A stretch of 56,771 nucleotides of DNA, taken from Bryobacterales bacterium (lineage in GTDB: Bacteria > Acidobacteriota > Terriglobia > Bryobacterales > Bryobacteraceae). The stretch is taken from the NCBI GenBank assembly GCA_030693045.1, contig JAUYBU010000048.1, forward strand, positions 1 to 56,771. Direction: 5' to 3'. Shown one piece after another: positions 52,930 through 56,771 of the stretch (its first letter is position 1; the number at the start of each line of letters is the position of its first letter). The position numbers and the translations under genes were made by a program. The notes beneath the pieces were generated by a model. The model saw only the letters and a program-made list of their open reading frames with translations, did not search any database and was not told the origin of the DNA.

Positions 52930-54536
52930 AGAAGGCTCCAGTCCGGCTGGACGATCTTGCCGGCGCCGGGAAAAGGCCTCTGATCCATCTAGAGAACGAA
53001 GATCTGATGTCATTGCCCGCGCCCCTCGACCATCCTTCGAAGGATCACAACTGGCCGCCGCTCTCCGCGCAGGCCGGAGAGAAATTCGAGTGCTTCCTCG
53101 ACGACACGTGCGCGGTGAGCATTCCGCAACCGAAAACCAAGGAGGAAGAAGACGCACTGGTGGCCAAGTTCCTCTCCGGGTTGGACAAGCTCTTTGTCAA
53201 GGAGAATAACTGGAGCTTTCTTCAACCCCTGCTGCTGACCATGGAGCATTGCGCCAAGTGCCAGACGTGTTCCGAGGCGTGTCACATCTATGAAGCGTCG
53301 GGCCGGGAAGAGATCTACCGGCCGACCTTTCGCTCCGAAATCCTCCGGCGGCTGTACTTCAAGTACGTGAAACACGGAGGCATGCTTTCCTCCTGGCAGC
53401 ATGGAGCGATCACGCTGAACTGGCCTCTGGTGGCCCGGCTGATCGAACTGTCGTACCGCTGTAACCTCTGCCGCCGCTGTGCGCAGACCTGCCCTATCGG
53501 CGTCGACAACGGACTGGTAGCGCACGAACTCAGGAAGTTATTCAGCCAGGAAATGGGGATCGCGCCGAAAGAGATTCACGACAACGGCTCGATGCTTCAG
53601 CTCAGGGTCGGCTCTTCGACCGGCATGAACTCCGAAGTGGTCAAGGACAACATCGAGTTCATTGACGAGGACATCAGCGAGAAGGCCGGCATCCATGTGG
53701 AGACCCCGTGGGACGTCGAGGGCGCCGACGTGCTGCTGATTCACAACGCCGGCGAGATCATGGCCTGGCCCGAGAATCCCGGCGCGTTCGCCCTGATTCT
53801 CAACGCCGCCGGCATCAAGTGGACCCTGTCTTCCGAGATCGCCGGTTACGACTCCATCAACTACGGCCTGTGGTACGACGACGCCCAGTTCGCGCGCGTC
53901 GCGATCAAGCACGCCGAGGCGGCCAAGAAGCTGAAGGTAAAAAAGATCGTTCTGGGCGAATGCGGGCATGCGCACAAAGCGCTCTCCGTCATCGCGGACC
54001 GGATCCTCACCGGCGACCTGAACATCCCGCGCGAAAGTTCCATGACCCTGCTGCGCGACATCGTGATGAGCGATCGCATTAAGCTCGATCCCAGTCGGAA
54101 CGACTTTCCCGTGACGCTGCACGATCCCTGCAACCTGGTGCGGCTGATGGGCGTGGTGGAACCGCAGCGCGAGATCGTCCGCAAGATCTGTCCCAAGTTC
54201 CGGGAGATGGAGCCTCACGGCGTGGACAATTACTGTTGCGGCGGCGGAAGCGGCTTCGCCATTATGAGCGGCCACAATTTCGCCGACTGGCGATTCCACG
54301 TCTCCGGCCGGAAGAAGATCGAGCAGATCCTCAACGCCTTCGCCAACTGCACGGATGCCTCCATTCCGAAGTACGTCTGCGCCCCGTGCAGCAACTGCAA
54401 GGGGATGATCCGAGACATGATCGCGTACTACAATCTCTGGGAGAGCAACCGGATTCACTATGGCGGCCTGGTGGAACTGATCGTCAACGCCATGGTGGAC
54501 GTGAAGCCGGGTTTCATCGATTGGGAGTGGCGCTGA
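52926..54536 (+). CDS. HdrD/DsrK-like CCG-domain iron-sulfur protein, copy 2
   Basis: The ATG overlaps the upstream stop (ATGA). CAKCQTCSEAC and CNLCRRCAQTCP ferredoxin motifs. ECGHAHK, HDPCN, YCCGGGSG and CAPCSNC are CCG motifs. No receiver domain. Confidence 0.8.
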   Translation: MKKAPVRLDDLAGAGKRPLIHLENEDLMSLPAPLDHPSKDHNWPPLSAQAGEKFECFLDDTCAVSIPQPKTKEEEDALVAKFLSGLDKLFVKENNWSFLQPLLLTMEHCAKCQTCSEACHIYEASGREEIYRPTFRSEILRRLYFKYVKHGGMLSSWQHGAITLNWPLVARLIELSYRCNLCRRCAQTCPIGVDNGLVAHELRKLFSQEMGIAPKEIHDNGSMLQLRVGSSTGMNSEVVKDNIEFIDEDISEKAGIHVETPWDVEGADVLLIHNAGEIMAWPENPGAFALILNAAGIKWTLSSEIAGYDSINYGLWYDDAQFARVAIKHAEAAKKLKVKKIVLGECGHAHKALSVIADRILTGDLNIPRESSMTLLRDIVMSDRIKLDPSRNDFPVTLHDPCNLVRLMGVVEPQREIVRKICPKFREMEPHGVDNYCCGGGSGFAIMSGHNFADWRFHVSGRKKIEQILNAFANCTDASIPKYVCAPCSNCKGMIRDMIAYYNLWESNRIHYGGLVELIVNAMVDVKPGFIDWEWR

Positions 54537-54923
54537 GCGCGCCTTCGAGGACAGCTTCGATCTTGCGGCGCAATTCGGCCGCAAGACGTGGGCGGGCACG
54601 ATGAAGTCGCACGCCCCCGGGTCGTCGGCGACATTCACCGGAATGCCGCGCCGCTTCGCCTCGCGCTCGACACGCCGGTTTGCTTCACGGCAGTTGGTGG
54701 CCGCATATGCGAGACAGGCATCCTTCAAGTCCGAGGGACGAAACGCCCGCCCGATCCGTGTTACGGGTAGCGCGTCGAATTCGGCGGCCCAGGCGGGCGA
54801 GACGACGCTGACTCGCGCTCCCGCCTCGATCAGGCCTTTCGCTTTCCGCAGCCCCACCTTCCCGGCCCCCACCACCACGACGGCCTTTCCTCTCAGGTCA
54901 AGGAATATCGGATAGTGGCGCAT
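54514..54923 (-). pseudogene. SirC/CysG-N-like precorrin-2 dehydrogenase, apparently frameshifted and truncated
   Basis: MRHYPIFLDLRGKAVVVVGAGKVGLRKAKGLIEAGARV...NVADDPGACDFIVPAHV is a typical N-terminus. The expected RGxLxIAISTxGxSP segment is missing. The following family motif (LAAELRRKIEAVLEG) is in another frame and stops at 54514. The original frame runs on antisense through the neighbouring gene. Confidence 0.5.
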
Positions 54924-55254
54924 GAGGGTCCCTTCCACCGTATCGCGGCAGTTGCCCGTCCATCCACAACGGTAGCCAGCCCTTTTTGGCCGGCTTGAGC
55001 CGCGGACGCTCCCGCGCGGCGGCCAGGGCGGAGAAGCGGTCCAGGTGGAACTCCGCCGGCGGGGAAACTCGCGCGCCAGGTGGCGCATGTGGGCGATGGG
55101 GCGCGTGGCGTCGATGACGGCCGTCTCCAGCTCGCGCACGGCTTCCAGCCGCGGCAGGAAGGGCCCCAGGTTCCTGGTCCGGAAGACGAATCCATCGACG
55201 GCCGCCGGGCGAAGATCCACGGTGCGGGGCTGGCGCGTTAACTGGCCGGTGCGA

Positions 55255-55944
55255 TCATGCGCTGAACTTGTAGCCGAGGCCGCGCAGCGTGAGGATGAAG
55301 CGCGGATGCCGCGGGTCGTCCTCCACCTTCTGGCGCAGCCAAGTGACATGCACGTCCACGGTGCGGGTGGTGGGCAGGGCGTCATAGCCCCACACCTCCC
55401 GTAGCAGCTCCTCGCGGGTGATCAGCGTGCCGCGGCGCTCGATGAGATATCGCAGGAGCTGGAACTCGCGCGCCGACAGGGGAACGGACTGGCCGCCGCG
55501 CGTCACCTGGCCAGCGCGGAAGTCCACCGTGGCGCCGCCGAAGCCGAAGGTGGCGGGCGTGGCGGGCGCCCCGTTGCGGCCGGCGCGGCGCAGCAAGGCT
55601 TGGATGCGCGCCATCAGCTCCGGGAACTCAAACGGCTTGGTGAGATAGTCGTCGGCCCCAAGCTGGAGCCCCACCACCTTGTCGACCAATTGGCCGCGCG
55701 CCGTCAGCATCAGAATCGGCGTGGCGATGTCCTGCCGGCGCAGGGCGCGGCAGATGTCCAGGCCGGACTTGCGCGGCAGCATGAGGTCCAAGAGGATGAG
55801 ATCATGCGCGGCCTCCAGTGCCGCGGCCAGGCCGGATTCGCCGTCGGTGCGCGAATCCACGGTGTAGCATTCGGCCAGCAGCCGGTCGGTGAGCGTGAGG
55901 ACCAGTCCGGGCTCGTCCTCGATCAGCAGGATGCGGGGGTTCAA
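55255..55944 (-). CDS. OmpR/PhoB-type response regulator
   Basis: 229 aa. ILLIEDEPGL...DLILLDLMLP receiver, then a winged-helix C-terminus (LSAREFQLLRYL...RGLGYKF). Confidence 0.9.
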   Translation of the reverse strand: MNPRILLIEDEPGLVLTLTDRLLAECYTVDSRTDGESGLAAALEAAHDLILLDLMLPRKSGLDICRALRRQDIATPILMLTARGQLVDKVVGLQLGADDYLTKPFEFPELMARIQALLRRAGRNGAPATPATFGFGGATVDFRAGQVTRGGQSVPLSAREFQLLRYLIERRGTLITREELLREVWGYDALPTTRTVDVHVTWLRQKVEDDPRHPRFILTLRGLGYKFSA

Positions 55945-56771
55945 GATGCCTCCTGGGAACAGGTGGGCAAAGTCAGCAGAAAGCGCGCGCCGCCGGAGGT
56001 CCGGTTTTCGGCGGTGAGCGTTCCGCCGTGGGATTCGGCGATGCGCCGCGCAAGCGTCAGGCCGAGGCCGAAGCCGCGCGTCTGGGCGTCCAGCGCCGCC
56101 CGGCCGCGGTAGAAGGGCTCGAACAGGTGCGGCAGGTCCTCGGCGGCGAAACCCCGGCCGCGATCGCTGACGGTGATCTGCACCTGGCCGTCCCGGCGCG
56201 CGGCGACCAGCTCGATGCGGCCTCCGGCGCCGCCATGCAGGGCGGCGTTGGCGATGAGGTTGCGGAGGCAGTGGGTAAGGGCCGCGGAGTCGGCCGGAAC
56301 AGGCGGCAACCCGGGCTCCAGGCGGAGGTCGAGCGCGACCTGGTTTTCCCGCAACTCGGCGGAGCAGGCCTGGACGGCGGCCTGTAGGATAGGCTCGAGT
56401 TCGGCCGGCCGCGGTGGTGGCTCCACGCGCCCGCTCCGGATGTCGGCGTAACGCAGGATCTGCTCCACCATGGCGGTCAGGCGGCGGCCCTCGGACTGGA
56501 TCAGCGCGCCGTACTGGCGGACCTGCGGCGGGGCGGCGACCACGCCATCGGCCAGGTTGCCGGCGGCGGCGCCGATGACCGAGAGCGGCGTGCGTAGCTC
56601 GTGGGAAACGCCGGCGACAAATTCCATCTGCCGGCGGGCCAGCCGCTCGGCGCGGCGCGTGGCCACCGTGAGGGCGGCCAGGGCGGCGGCCAGCAGCATC
56701 AGCACGGCGGCGCTTAGGGTCAGATTGCGGTAGCGCGTGACCGCGACGGCCTGCTCCAGCCCGCCGGAGCG
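55941..56771 (-). CDS. sensor histidine kinase (N-terminus beyond window end)
   Basis: HisKA H-box FVAGVSHELRTPL and HATPase motifs (NLIANAALHG, DRGRGF, GFGLGL). The reading frame stays open upstream of the track start to the window edge and includes a TM helix. The stop overlaps the regulator start. Confidence 0.85.
   Translation of the reverse strand, partial: RSGGLEQAVAVTRYRNLTLSAAVLMLLAAALAALTVATRRAERLARRQMEFVAGVSHELRTPLSVIGAAAGNLADGVVAAPPQVRQYGALIQSEGRRLTAMVEQILRYADIRSGRVEPPPRPAELEPILQAAVQACSAELRENQVALDLRLEPGLPPVPADSAALTHCLRNLIANAALHGGAGGRIELVAARRDGQVQITVSDRGRGFAAEDLPHLFEPFYRGRAALDAQTRGFGLGLTLARRIAESHGGTLTAENRTSGGARFLLTLPTCSQEAS

Noticed and set aside
53538-55385. 615-aa minus-strand ORF
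   Set aside because: It is a chimera. Its 3' two-thirds is antisense to the HdrD-like gene, its middle is the SirC-like N-terminus, and its 5' end overlaps the response regulator in another frame. Only the 54514-54923 part is interpretable.

Overview
This is a 56.8-kb high-GC chromosomal segment. It is most consistent with an Acidobacteria genome of the Solibacter/Bryobacter type. The main clue is a 1109-aa secreted protein with tandem Ig-like modules that ends in the 'Solibacter uncharacterized C-terminal domain' (TIGR03437-like). A second clue is the many enzymes carrying twin-arginine (Tat) signal peptides. I support about 50 CDS. Housekeeping genes are aroK, purH, ftsK, uppP, a CarD-family regulator, a rhomboid protease, a PPIase and a PBP-type transpeptidase. 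These are interleaved with a large secreted or periplasmic glycan-degradation repertoire: two GH5/clan GH-A enzymes, a BNR sialidase, a GH29 fucosidase, a heparinase II/III-like lyase, a decayed sulfatase, aldo/keto reductases and Gfo/Idh/MocA and NAD-epimerase enzymes. The most unusual locus is an eight-gene, same-strand, translationally coupled cluster at 46670-54536. Its order is an Rrf2 regulator, a divergent macro-domain protein, a NarI/DsrM-like membrane protein, an HdrD/DsrK-like CCG iron-sulfur protein fused to a receiver domain, a Cys-rich double-PAS histidine kinase, a stand-alone receiver, and a second NarI-like plus HdrD-like pair. I propose it as a candidate phosphorelay-controlled quinone/thiol redox module. 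Other notable items follow. There is a DUF2760 plus long Hsp70-like pair. A 5'-truncated group II intron remnant carries a near-canonical domain V hairpin. Several unrelated long perfect inverted repeats sit exactly in intergenic gaps. Two small membrane coiled-coil genes are tandemly duplicated and share a 69-nt block of perfect identity. A sigma-54-type promoter lies upstream of the giant Ig-repeat gene. Several genes are decayed: the sulfatase, a SirC-like gene, and Phd/PIN and DUF4258 toxin-antitoxin remnants. I found no rRNA, tRNA or CRISPR array. All calls come from reading the translations and the DNA; no database search was run.
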